A DNA stretch of 64,000 nucleotides. It comes from a virus. The notes below the pieces were generated by a model. The model was not told where the DNA came from and searched no databases. It worked only from the letters and a program-made list of their open reading frames with translations. Numbering within the stretch: the stretch's first letter is position 1; each line of letters opens with the position of its first letter. Below are positions 47,427-56,376 of this stretch, one piece after another. The stretch covers positions 1 through 64,000 of IMG/VR virus record IMGVR_UViG_3300025018_000143. One strand, 5' to 3'. The translations under genes were made by a program, and so were the position numbers.

Positions 47427-47612
47427 ATGAAATCAAGCTTTAAAAAAACAAATCATGGCGTTGTTATAAATACTAATACTACTAGTCTAGTAGAGGCTAG
47501 AAAAAGAAAAAGAATACAGATGCAAAAGGAAAATCGTATAATTGAACTTGAGAAAAGAGTTCAATTTATCGAAGAGACCTTATCAAAAATACTTTCAAAG
47601 TTATCGGTATAA
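47427..47612 (+). CDS. Small coiled-coil protein
   Basis: GVVINTN...coiled coil; GGAG RBS. Confidence 0.65.
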   Translation: MKSSFKKTNHGVVINTNTTSLVEARKRKRIQMQKENRIIELEKRVQFIEETLSKILSKLSV

Positions 47613-47615
47613 TTT

Positions 47616-48293
47616 ATGGCAATAATTAATGTAACACTTAAAGATACATTTGATCAATGGCGGGTCAAATGTAATGAGATTGCTGCTGGAGGAGGGGATT
47701 TATCCCTCCTCCAGACAACCATAAAAACCTCTTCTGTGGATGCCATAAATGAATTAAAATTAAGAACTGATGAACAAGGTTCTTTAGTGGACCTTGATAC
47801 CGATTATAAAATTGATATTGTTGGTTCTATTAATGAAGTCCACAGTGATACAAATCTTTTATTATCAAATGTAGGAGATTTAGTAGACCTTGATACCGAT
47901 TATAAAATTGATCTTGTTGGTGCTATTAATGAAGTCCATGGAGACTTCAATCTTTTATCTCAAGATATAAACACAAGAGTTCCATATGCTCATGATTCAT
48001 TGCAGGATCTAGGAAATGCTGGTACAAGCATTATTATTAATACAATTGATTATGACCAATGCATGTTTACAAGAGATGCTAACACATTAGTTTTAGATGC
48101 TTCTGGATTGCCTGTCGGTAGGACATTTGAATTGATAATGACTAATGCTGTTGTAGGAACTATTACATGGCCTGTAGGTACCAGATGGCCAGGAACAATC
48201 CCAGAATTTGGATCAACAGGAACTGACAGAATTAGATTACAAAGAGTAAGTTCCTCTGTTATTCATGCTACTCTTATCGGGTCAGATTATTAA
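47616..48293 (+). CDS. Fibre/fibritin-like structural protein
   Basis: DTFDQWRVK.N N-terminus; LVDLDTDYKID.VG.INEVH x2. Confidence 0.6.
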   Translation: MAIINVTLKDTFDQWRVKCNEIAAGGGDLSLLQTTIKTSSVDAINELKLRTDEQGSLVDLDTDYKIDIVGSINEVHSDTNLLLSNVGDLVDLDTDYKIDLVGAINEVHGDFNLLSQDINTRVPYAHDSLQDLGNAGTSIIINTIDYDQCMFTRDANTLVLDASGLPVGRTFELIMTNAVVGTITWPVGTRWPGTIPEFGSTGTDRIRLQRVSSSVIHATLIGSDY

Positions 48294-48305
48294 TAAGGAA
48301 CATAT

Positions 48306-51149
48306 ATGGCTTTAATAGACATACCAACAAAAAATGTTGATGGCAATCTTACAGCTTTTGAATTCAATCAATTGATTGAAGCCCTCAAAACTGCTATACG
48401 AGGAATTAATACATTAGATGTGCAAGCTAGCACTGGCACTTTTTCTGGTGAAGTTAATTTTTTAGGTAATGTCAGTATAGATGGTGAATCTGGTCCATTT
48501 TCTAAATTTTGGGAAGGTCAGAATATAATCTTTATTGGGAAGAATGGTGGAGCATATGACGGAGTTACTTACAATGGCAAATCGCCTGATAAAGCATTAA
48601 ACAGCTTCCAGAATGCTATTGACAATGTAGCAGCTATTATCGGAGAGCTGCCATCAAGCACAAAGCCAGTGGGCTTGTTTTGTATTGATGCAGGAATATA
48701 TAATGAAAGCATAACAACAATGGATTATCTTTCTATTTTTGCGCCTATGGCTACATTAAAATTAGGCGGGGTGAGTAATTTACAGCTGGTTATTAAAAAT
48801 TGTTATGTTTCTTTTGGTGAAATAACGAGAGAGACCGGCAATAATGATATGATTAATATGTCTGCAACCTCTGGTTGTTCACATATAGCTGTTGGCGATA
48901 TCAATGATTATGGTTCTGGTACTGCTATTGCACAGACAAGTACAGAAGTGGCATATATTGATGCGAAAAGATTAGCGGTATTCGGTAGTGGTGTTGGTAT
49001 ATCGGATGATAGTGCATTGACTAGTCATATGCATATATGGTTGCATTCATTAGTTCTTGCCTCTAATAATGCTATAGGTATTAAAAAAACAAGACCTGGT
49101 GCTTTATATGGATATGTTGATGGATTTTCATATAACGGATATATAGTTACTGGGACTACTGGTATTTTACAGACTGACGGCACAATAAGCATGAGTCTTA
49201 TTGAATTAAAAGCAAATACAGCTATTGATGTGTCGAGTCCAGGTGTTTTGAATATATACGCAAATAGAATAACAGGAACACAGACTGGTACAGGAACAAT
49301 TGATATAGTTACTCCTAGTATTATTTCAGATGCTATAGATGCTATAGCGAATAAAGAAGATTTTCTTGAATATCCTGCATCAAGCGGGCAAGTTTTATCG
49401 AGCCTCATTGATGGGACAAGGTCATGGATTACTGCTGGTAATATGTTAAAATCAGTATATGATCCAACCAATTTACAATCGGATGCATTCAATCATGAAA
49501 ATCATCATGGTGATTTTATTGATATTGATATTGATACGCCAACACCTTCATACACTGAAGGTAGATTATCATGGAATGATGAAGATAACACATTAAATAT
49601 TGCCACAGGTTTAAACGGTTCAGTATTACAAGTTGGACAGGAATCAGTAAGAAAAATATATAATAATACAGGTGGTGTTTTAGATAATGGTAGAGTAGTT
49701 CATTATCTGTCAGAGCAAACAAACGGACACCCTCATGCTGAATATGCTATTGCTAACACATACGAAACACTTCTAGGTTCTCTTTCTGTAGTAACAGGCG
49801 ATATCTCACCAGGTGAGTATGGATTTTCAACATTTTTTGGTAAGGTTAGAGGTCTAAACACTTCTGGATTAAGCACCGGGGTAGTTTATCTTTCAGACAC
49901 AACACCAGGCGCTTTGACAAACACTCCTCCTGATTTTCCTTCTTACAGAATGTATATGGGAGCAGTAATAATTTCAGACAGTGTTAATGGTGAAATTGTT
50001 GTCTCGCCACAAAGCCATGTGAATGATTCTTTTGTTAATAGCTGGAATGGCAGTATAAGGGAATCAATTGACTTTAGGGTAACCAGCAACGGAACAGTAA
50101 TTACTGGTTCTATGGAAAGATCAGGAGGTGGTGATGTTACATTAATGTTTAGTACTGGATTATATCTTCTTGATACTACTCCAGCACTGACAATTACTCT
50201 TACTCCTGGTACCGTTTCAATACCAGTAAAGAATTATGTGTATATTCCTGAATCAACAAAAGTACTCACTTCTTCAACAGTCGATTGGCCTGCAGGCGAG
50301 CATATTAGAGTTGCTGAATGTGTACTACAAAGTGCATCATACACAAATCTTTATGGAGCCTTTTCAAACAGAAACTGGAATGATCATATTCAAAGCACTG
50401 ATGGCATAGGCGATCTAATTCATATTTCACAATGGATACGAAATCAATCAGCAACTTGGCTTTCTGGTGTACAAGGCATTGTTACTGTGGTAAATCCAAC
50501 ATCATTATATTTCTCTTGCACATCAGGTAAGGTATACCAAAAACACCCACAAACCTTTAATGCTGCTAATCAACAAACAGGGAAGCCTCTTTTTACTGTC
50601 AATGATTCTGTAACACCATATAGTATTTGCACTAATTTAACACAAAAATTAACTGATGCCAATGGCGTTTCAATGGCTACAAGATTTTACAATCTTGTAA
50701 TTTGGGGAGTAAATAATAAATCAGGTGAACAAAATCAGATTATGATGAATCTGCCGAATGGTTCATATGGCACATTAGCTGATGCAATCAATGATGTTTC
50801 AAATTATGATGTATACACAATACCCACAATGTTCAAAGGGACTGGATTCTTAATTGCTAGATTTACTCTTAAACATGCAAATCCATCAACATGGACTCTT
50901 GAGAATACTACTGATCTCCGTGGGATACAAAGTAATGCTGCAGGAGGTGGTGTTGGCTCTGGAGGTGCCACATTATTCACTAGCTTAACAGACACACCAG
51001 CATCATATGTTGGTAAAGCTGGTGATGTACCAGTTGTAAATGGAACAGAAACTGGTCTTGAATTTCTTGCAGGAGTTAATGGATCTTTCACTACTGCTGA
51101 TGCAAAAACTGTCACAGTAACAAATGGCATTATAACAAGCATAGTGTAA
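48306..51149 (+). CDS. Tail fibre/spike protein
   Basis: Beta-rich, Gly/Thr-rich; FTSLTDTPASYVG and TVTNGIIT terminal motifs. Confidence 0.65.
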   Translation: MALIDIPTKNVDGNLTAFEFNQLIEALKTAIRGINTLDVQASTGTFSGEVNFLGNVSIDGESGPFSKFWEGQNIIFIGKNGGAYDGVTYNGKSPDKALNSFQNAIDNVAAIIGELPSSTKPVGLFCIDAGIYNESITTMDYLSIFAPMATLKLGGVSNLQLVIKNCYVSFGEITRETGNNDMINMSATSGCSHIAVGDINDYGSGTAIAQTSTEVAYIDAKRLAVFGSGVGISDDSALTSHMHIWLHSLVLASNNAIGIKKTRPGALYGYVDGFSYNGYIVTGTTGILQTDGTISMSLIELKANTAIDVSSPGVLNIYANRITGTQTGTGTIDIVTPSIISDAIDAIANKEDFLEYPASSGQVLSSLIDGTRSWITAGNMLKSVYDPTNLQSDAFNHENHHGDFIDIDIDTPTPSYTEGRLSWNDEDNTLNIATGLNGSVLQVGQESVRKIYNNTGGVLDNGRVVHYLSEQTNGHPHAEYAIANTYETLLGSLSVVTGDISPGEYGFSTFFGKVRGLNTSGLSTGVVYLSDTTPGALTNTPPDFPSYRMYMGAVIISDSVNGEIVVSPQSHVNDSFVNSWNGSIRESIDFRVTSNGTVITGSMERSGGGDVTLMFSTGLYLLDTTPALTITLTPGTVSIPVKNYVYIPESTKVLTSSTVDWPAGEHIRVAECVLQSASYTNLYGAFSNRNWNDHIQSTDGIGDLIHISQWIRNQSATWLSGVQGIVTVVNPTSLYFSCTSGKVYQKHPQTFNAANQQTGKPLFTVNDSVTPYSICTNLTQKLTDANGVSMATRFYNLVIWGVNNKSGEQNQIMMNLPNGSYGTLADAINDVSNYDVYTIPTMFKGTGFLIARFTLKHANPSTWTLENTTDLRGIQSNAAGGGVGSGGATLFTSLTDTPASYVGKAGDVPVVNGTETGLEFLAGVNGSFTTADAKTVTVTNGIITSIV

Positions 51150-51153
51150 TGAT

Positions 51154-51696
51154 ATGAATAAACCATCAAAAGATAATATTAAGGAACCTATACTTTCTCC
51201 TATTAAACAAAAATATGATGATAAAAGTATAATCAAAAAAATTATAGCCTGGAGAACCCATAATAGACATTTTCAATTTATAGAAGATTATATTGTATGG
51301 GTTGAGTCTATTCAATTATGGGTTAAAATTCCTGCAGGTTTTTTGTTTGATGGCGCCTCCATACCTAAATTATTACAATCAGTGACCAGTGCAATTGATT
51401 CTCTTTTTTATGGCAGTATTCTTCATGATTTCATTTACAGAACAGGTCAATTAATAGTATGCAATGATGCAAATTATGGTTGTTGGCATTTAAAAGATTT
51501 TAAAAAAGATGAAGCTGATAGTATAATGGCTGCCTTTTCCGATCAAATGGAAGGGGTTACTACTCCTAGTATAATTGTAAAGAATATGTTAGGTGTTTTC
51601 GGGTGGGTAGCCTGGGGGAATGCAAGAAAAAGAAATATGCGTATCACCACTCCGTATCCTCCTTTTAATGATAAAACATTAAACTACTATAATTAA
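51154..51696 (+). CDS. DUF1353 domain protein
   Basis: IPAGF.FDGASIP...LHD..Y...EAD. Confidence 0.8.
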   Translation: MNKPSKDNIKEPILSPIKQKYDDKSIIKKIIAWRTHNRHFQFIEDYIVWVESIQLWVKIPAGFLFDGASIPKLLQSVTSAIDSLFYGSILHDFIYRTGQLIVCNDANYGCWHLKDFKKDEADSIMAAFSDQMEGVTTPSIIVKNMLGVFGWVAWGNARKRNMRITTPYPPFNDKTLNYYN

Positions 51697-51702
51697 AAAG
51701 AT

Positions 51703-52461
51703 ATGAATCCTACATCCAAAGCCACTTTTATTACATATTGTTTACAATCTCTAGGCTCACCAGTCATTGATATCAATGTTGCTACTGAACAAATCGATGA
51801 CCGTGTTGATGAAGCCCTACAGTTATTTCAATTATTCCATATGAGTTCAGTAGATAGAATGATACTAACTCATACAATAACACAAACAGATATTGATAAC
51901 GGGTATCTCACAATTCCTGAGCCTGTAATGTCAATAACAAAAGTATTCTGGGATGGTAACGGTACGATCATAGGCGACTTTGCTTCTGGTTTGTGGCAAT
52001 ATCAAGCAGATGTTTTTGGTAAGTTAGGATTTACTTCTTCAGGAGGTTCATCCAATACATTAACTGATTATGTTATTTCTATGCAAAATTTGTCAAATAT
52101 AAATTATGTTCTTGGGAATAATCCAACAATAGAATACTCACAGCACTCGAACCGTCTTTTTATTCATGATGATTTGACCCTTCTTAAAATTGATCAAGTG
52201 CTCGCTTACGAGGCTTTTGTTATAATTGATCCAGTAGTATACACAGACATTTGGAATGATGTATGGCTCAAGGATTATGCAACGGCGTTGATTGGAAGAC
52301 AGTGGGGTGAAAATCTCAGTAAATTTCAACAAGTAGAATTGCCAGGTGGAATGATACTGAATGGAGATTCAATATATGATAGGTATAATGAGCGTGTAAA
52401 GGACCTTAAGGACGATCTTGATAATCGTTACTCATTCCCTGCAGATTTTATGATAGGATAA
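51703..52461 (+). CDS. gp13: Neck protein
   Basis: YCL..LG.PVIDINV..EQIDDRVDEALQ; QWGENL.KF..V.LPGG. Confidence 0.93.
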   Translation: MNPTSKATFITYCLQSLGSPVIDINVATEQIDDRVDEALQLFQLFHMSSVDRMILTHTITQTDIDNGYLTIPEPVMSITKVFWDGNGTIIGDFASGLWQYQADVFGKLGFTSSGGSSNTLTDYVISMQNLSNINYVLGNNPTIEYSQHSNRLFIHDDLTLLKIDQVLAYEAFVIIDPVVYTDIWNDVWLKDYATALIGRQWGENLSKFQQVELPGGMILNGDSIYDRYNERVKDLKDDLDNRYSFPADFMIG

Positions 52462-52465
52462 TAAA

Positions 52466-53086
52466 ATGACTATAAGTCAATATTTTCGACATATAACAGC
52501 TTCTAATGAACAGAAACTAGTTAATGATCTTACCATCGAATGCATACAGATGAAAGGTCTTAATATGAAATATGTTCCTAGAGATTCAACAAATTTAGAC
52601 AATCTATTTGGAGAAGATAATCAAAGCACATTTACTGCTGCTGTTGAATTAGAAATGTATTTCAATGAGATGACTGGATTTGGTGGAGAGTCCGATATAT
52701 TCTCTAGGTTTGGTCTAAACATTAATGATGAAGGAACATTCATCATTTCTTACTCAAGGTTTAAGGATGTTGTTACTGCCGCCTATCCTTTAATCAATAG
52801 ACCAAGAGAAGGTGATTTGATCTACTTTGATTTACCGACCTCTGTATTTGAGATTGCATGGGTAGAAGATGAAAAACCATTTTATCAAAATGGTATATTA
52901 ACTATCTGGACATGCCATTGTAAGAAATTTGAATACAATCATGATATCATGGAATCAGGTGTTGATAATGTGGATGATATTGTTCTTGATCCTGTAAGAA
53001 CAGCTGATAATGATGATATTCAAACAGAAAGTGATACTTTTGTTAATTTTGATGAAAATGATCCATTCAGCGATAACTCTTATTAA
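52466..53086 (+). CDS. gp14: Neck protein
   Basis: EQ.L...L..E.I...G, RPREGDLIYF, FDENDPF. Confidence 0.93.
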   Translation: MTISQYFRHITASNEQKLVNDLTIECIQMKGLNMKYVPRDSTNLDNLFGEDNQSTFTAAVELEMYFNEMTGFGGESDIFSRFGLNINDEGTFIISYSRFKDVVTAAYPLINRPREGDLIYFDLPTSVFEIAWVEDEKPFYQNGILTIWTCHCKKFEYNHDIMESGVDNVDDIVLDPVRTADNDDIQTESDTFVNFDENDPFSDNSY

Positions 53087-53094
53087 GGAACAAT

Positions 53095-53874
53095 ATGGCA
53101 ATTACAGATTTTTATTCTCATGGGACAATAAGGCGATGTGTAACAGCATTCGCCACATTGTTTAATGGGTATAAAGTAAGAAAAACAGACGGAACTTTGG
53201 TTATGGTTCCGTTGAGATGGTCATCAAAGCAAAAATGGCATACAAAATATCAAGAGGATAATACCGGAGCTCCAAATACTTTTGTGTCGATTACATGGCC
53301 TAGAATGGGATTCACTATAGCCAATATATCATATAATTTTGAGAGAAAGGTTTCTAGTTTAAATAAAATTTCTGCTGCAAATACTTTAGATGCAGGGAGT
53401 ATGCTTAGAACTTATTCAGCGGCTCCATATACAATCGATTTTGATTTGTTTATTGGTACAAGGACTATTGATGAAGGGTTACAATTGATTGAGCAGATCA
53501 TTCCTTTCTTTACACCATCGTTTAATATTACGATTTCAGAGCTTGATACTCTAGGATTGGAACGTGATGTGCCTATACGATTAAACAGTGTACAACCTAA
53601 TCTTGATATAGAAGGTATGTTTGATGGTGATGATGTAAAATTATGGGATTTGAGCTTCTCAATGGAAGTCAACCTATATAAGAATATTAAGAGTGAAAAA
53701 ATAATCAAGAAGATAATAGTTGATACTTATCCTTCCACTGATGTGACAGAAGAAACTATTAAATTTAGAACAAAATATACTGTTGATCCAGAGACAGCAT
53801 TTATAACTGATGAGTATTCCATATTAGAAGAAATTGGATATGTGTCATATGATACACCAAAATTACCAGCTTAG
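53095..53874 (+). CDS. gp15: Tail sheath stabilizer/terminator
   Basis: FY.H.TIRR....F.TLFN, PRMGF, QLIEQIIPFFTP. Confidence 0.92.
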   Translation: MAITDFYSHGTIRRCVTAFATLFNGYKVRKTDGTLVMVPLRWSSKQKWHTKYQEDNTGAPNTFVSITWPRMGFTIANISYNFERKVSSLNKISAANTLDAGSMLRTYSAAPYTIDFDLFIGTRTIDEGLQLIEQIIPFFTPSFNITISELDTLGLERDVPIRLNSVQPNLDIEGMFDGDDVKLWDLSFSMEVNLYKNIKSEKIIKKIIVDTYPSTDVTEETIKFRTKYTVDPETAFITDEYSILEEIGYVSYDTPKLPA

Positions 53875-53887
53875 AATGTGATAATAT

Positions 53888-53933
53888 AAAAAGGAAAGAG
53901 GAGACAAAAAATCTCCTCTTTCCTTTTGGTTTT
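53888..53933. terminator. Bidirectional terminator after gp15
   Basis: AAAAGGAAAGAGGAGA...TCTCCTCTTTCCTTTT perfect stem with A/T tails. Confidence 0.8.
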
Positions 53934-53945
53934 ATGAGAAGGATC

Positions 53946-54255
53946 TAATGCGAGGACTCTGAAGGAGTCCTCCAGGTTCGGAGAACCTGCACTCTCAGCC
54001 TTCTAAATGTATTAAGAACAAAGCCATAAGGAAATCCTCTTCATGTTTCTATACATGAAGAGGATAATTATGCCTAAGTACTTTTAATCTGACCATGTAC
54101 TTAATGTATTATAATAACATAAAAATCATATTTAATTTATTTTTATGCTGTTATAATACATTAAATTCTTAATGTGTATTAAGATGTCTTAATGCTTCAT
54201 TCACTCCGTGAATGATGTTCATGATTATGCTCCGCATAATCATTCACGCATTTAA
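53946..54255. other. Hairpin/palindrome cluster, candidate replication origin
   Basis: Four triloop hairpins, a 13-bp perfect stem at 54034-54065 and an AT-rich imperfect palindrome at ~54101-54165; no ORF. Confidence 0.45.
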
Positions 54256-54349
54256 TTTTTTATTCTTTATATTAAATTCTTCATTATTATTTACTCAGCC
54301 ATGGTTTACCCTTTAGCTTGATTTAATTGTTTATAGTAGAGATGAAATC

Positions 54350-54995
54350 TAAAAAAAGAGGTTATTTTCAGCTATATTTTTTTAGCAAAACACAGCGAGA
54401 ATCCCTTTGTAGTGTTTAAGTGACACAATACTTTATATTCTCTTCTTTTTTTATTGCCCGTCAGACTGGTCAATTAGTTTCCTAATTGCATCAAGCGTTC
54501 CATTTCCGGAACAAACCAGCTCGATCGGTGGCATCGGAGGTTGAAGCGACCTGTTTCAATGTGTTACAATTTCAGAACACATATCAGCTGTACCACCATC
54601 TCTACATCAACTTAGGCTTTCTACATTCATGGAACTGTACTTTTTGTATTTCTACGTTTTTCTAATCCAGATGAATGGAGCGGTTAGAATCTACAGCAAG
54701 AGGACTAGCATCTGGGAAGTCAGTATCCACCCATCTGGGCTTAGTTATCTCCAAATCCTCGGAACATATTTGATGCTAGTCATTATCTGTATAAAGCAGT
54801 CTTATTCAAAATATAATTCTAAATCACTCCGCAAGTCACTAAAGTTTTCGTCTGGTCATTACTTGTTAAGATAAATATTACCATATGCTTTTTTCAGATA
54901 TTTATCCAAGCACCAGAGAGAATAACAATTTCAGGCATTCTGTTACCAAATGCTTCCCCTTACTTTTGTTATCCTGACTACATCTTTTCAATCTA
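54350..54995 (-). ncRNA. Candidate large structured non-coding RNA
   Basis: No credible ORF; nested helices; GAAA and GTAA tetraloops on the minus strand; TATAAATA at 55002-55009 (-). Confidence 0.55.
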
Positions 54996-55020
54996 CATAT
55001 CTATTTATACAACTCAAAAA

Positions 55021-55257
55021 TTACTTCTTTGTTCTGCTTGCCCTGATATTTGGATTTTCCAAATATTTGTTTAAACAAGGGTCACATATTTCAACATGAG
55101 TAATATTAAATCTTTTTGTTCCTTCAAGACCAAGAAAAAATACTCTGGCGTACATGCCTTCATACATTTTCCCACATTCACAGCATTTTTTATACCCTAA
55201 CTTTCTTAATGCTTTTTGTGCTTTGCTTTGTTTTCCAGCATTTCTCGATTGGTTCAT
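55021..55257 (-). CDS. Small Zn-finger protein
   Basis: CCECGK...ICDPC. Confidence 0.65.
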   Translation of the reverse strand: MNQSRNAGKQSKAQKALRKLGYKKCCECGKMYEGMYARVFFLGLEGTKRFNITHVEICDPCLNKYLENPNIRASRTKK

Positions 55258-55274
55258 ATTACCTTCAATATTAA

Positions 55275-55580
55275 TTATTTTCTGCCTGTAAATTTACACA
55301 TTTGATTTTCTTCTGTCCATTTAGGACTGATTTCGATAATTTCATCAGGCTTTGACCAATCAATAATTGAATCCAATTGGTTTTTGATTGAAGCTGATAA
55401 ATTCTGAGCTTCAATTTTACCTAATTCAGCATAAGGTCCATATTTCTTATCAAAAGGAGCCTCACCTTTCAATTGAAATTGAACACTAGGCCTCTTCCAA
55501 ATCTTTACTTCCCTTGATATAATCATATTTATCTCATTAATTTTTGCATTCCTGAAAAGTCCAATCATAGAAATCATCAA
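55275..55580 (-). CDS. Hypothetical protein
   Basis: Co-oriented ORF in the minus-strand early operon. Confidence 0.55.
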   Translation of the reverse strand: MMISMIGLFRNAKINEINMIISREVKIWKRPSVQFQLKGEAPFDKKYGPYAELGKIEAQNLSASIKNQLDSIIDWSKPDEIIEISPKWTEENQMCKFTGRK

Positions 55581-55770
55581 TTGAACACACTTTCCTTACT
55601 GGAATTCTCTCAAATCTGTAAACAGAACAAAGAACTTTATCCAAGCCTAACTCTCTGACTGCTTTCTCTACTCGACTTAAGTCATTCATTTCTGGCACAT
55701 GCATACCACAACAGAAACCAATGATCTTCCAATTTCTGTTTTCATCTTCATAAATGTCAACTGATATCAT
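55537..55770 (-). CDS. Hypothetical protein
   Basis: GAGGAG RBS downstream of early promoters. Confidence 0.65.
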   Translation of the reverse strand: MISVDIYEDENRNWKIIGFCCGMHVPEMNDLSRVEKAVRELGLDKVLCSVYRFERIPVRKVCSIDDFYDWTFQECKN

Positions 55771-55794
55771 AATTTTCTCCTCAAGATTTAATTT

Positions 55795-55922
55795 GTACTC
55801 TCATTTTCTTATAGTATATTATAACATCTAATATATCCTTTGTCAAGTATTTTTTAATTTATTTTTTCTTTTTTCTTCATTCTTTATATAGAGATTATAA
55901 CATTAAAAATTCCTGGTGTCAA
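55795..55922 (-). promoter_or_regulatory. Two tandem early promoter cassettes
   Basis: Minus-strand TTGACA(55922)-17-TATAAT and TTGACA(55846)-17-TATAAT with the same downstream core. Confidence 0.85.
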
Positions 55923-55950
55923 GTATTTTTCTTGTGTTTTTTTTCATTTT

Positions 55951-55958
55951 TATAAATA
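55951..55958 (+). promoter_or_regulatory. Late promoter for the terminase genes
   Basis: TATAAATA about 30 nt upstream of gp16; a reverse copy lies at 55968-55975. Confidence 0.75.
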
Positions 55959-55989
55959 TATAGAGAATATTTATATACAGGAGGATATT

Positions 55990-56376
55990 ATGGAAAACCA
56001 AGAATTGTTAATACCTGAATCAATAGGGATGGATGTTGCTAAATATAATGACATCGATCAAGATGCCTTTGATGATATTGAAGAGGTACGACAAAATTAC
56101 AAAACACTTTTAGAAAAGGGTAATGATGCCCTGGACACAGCAGCTTCAATTATTGAATCATCCGAGCATCCACGTGCTATTGAAGTTTTTTCTGGTTTGA
56201 TATCAAATCTTGCTAATGTGAACAAGCAATTAATCGAACTTCACAAATCCAAAAAAGAGCTTCGTGAAGCCAGAAAAATGAATGATGACCAAAGCAACGG
56301 GAATAACATTCAAAACAACATGTTCATTGGGTCTCCAAAAGATTTGCTTGATATGCTAATGGCTAATAATGGATAA
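55990..56376 (+). CDS. gp16: Terminase small subunit
   Basis: SEHPRAIEV, NNMFIGS..DLL; upstream of gp17. Confidence 0.9.
   Translation: MENQELLIPESIGMDVAKYNDIDQDAFDDIEEVRQNYKTLLEKGNDALDTAASIIESSEHPRAIEVFSGLISNLANVNKQLIELHKSKKELREARKMNDDQSNGNNIQNNMFIGSPKDLLDMLMANNG

Noticed and set aside
36123-51149. Complete diversity-generating retroelement
   Set aside because: No reverse transcriptase or adenine-only-differing template repeat visible in this window
54629-54874. 81-aa plus-strand ORF
   Set aside because: No RBS, atypical composition, lies within the structured non-coding element
54780-54990. Group I intron (AAGATGTAGTC resembles the S element)
   Set aside because: Putative R and S elements are in the wrong order and no interrupted exon flanks the region
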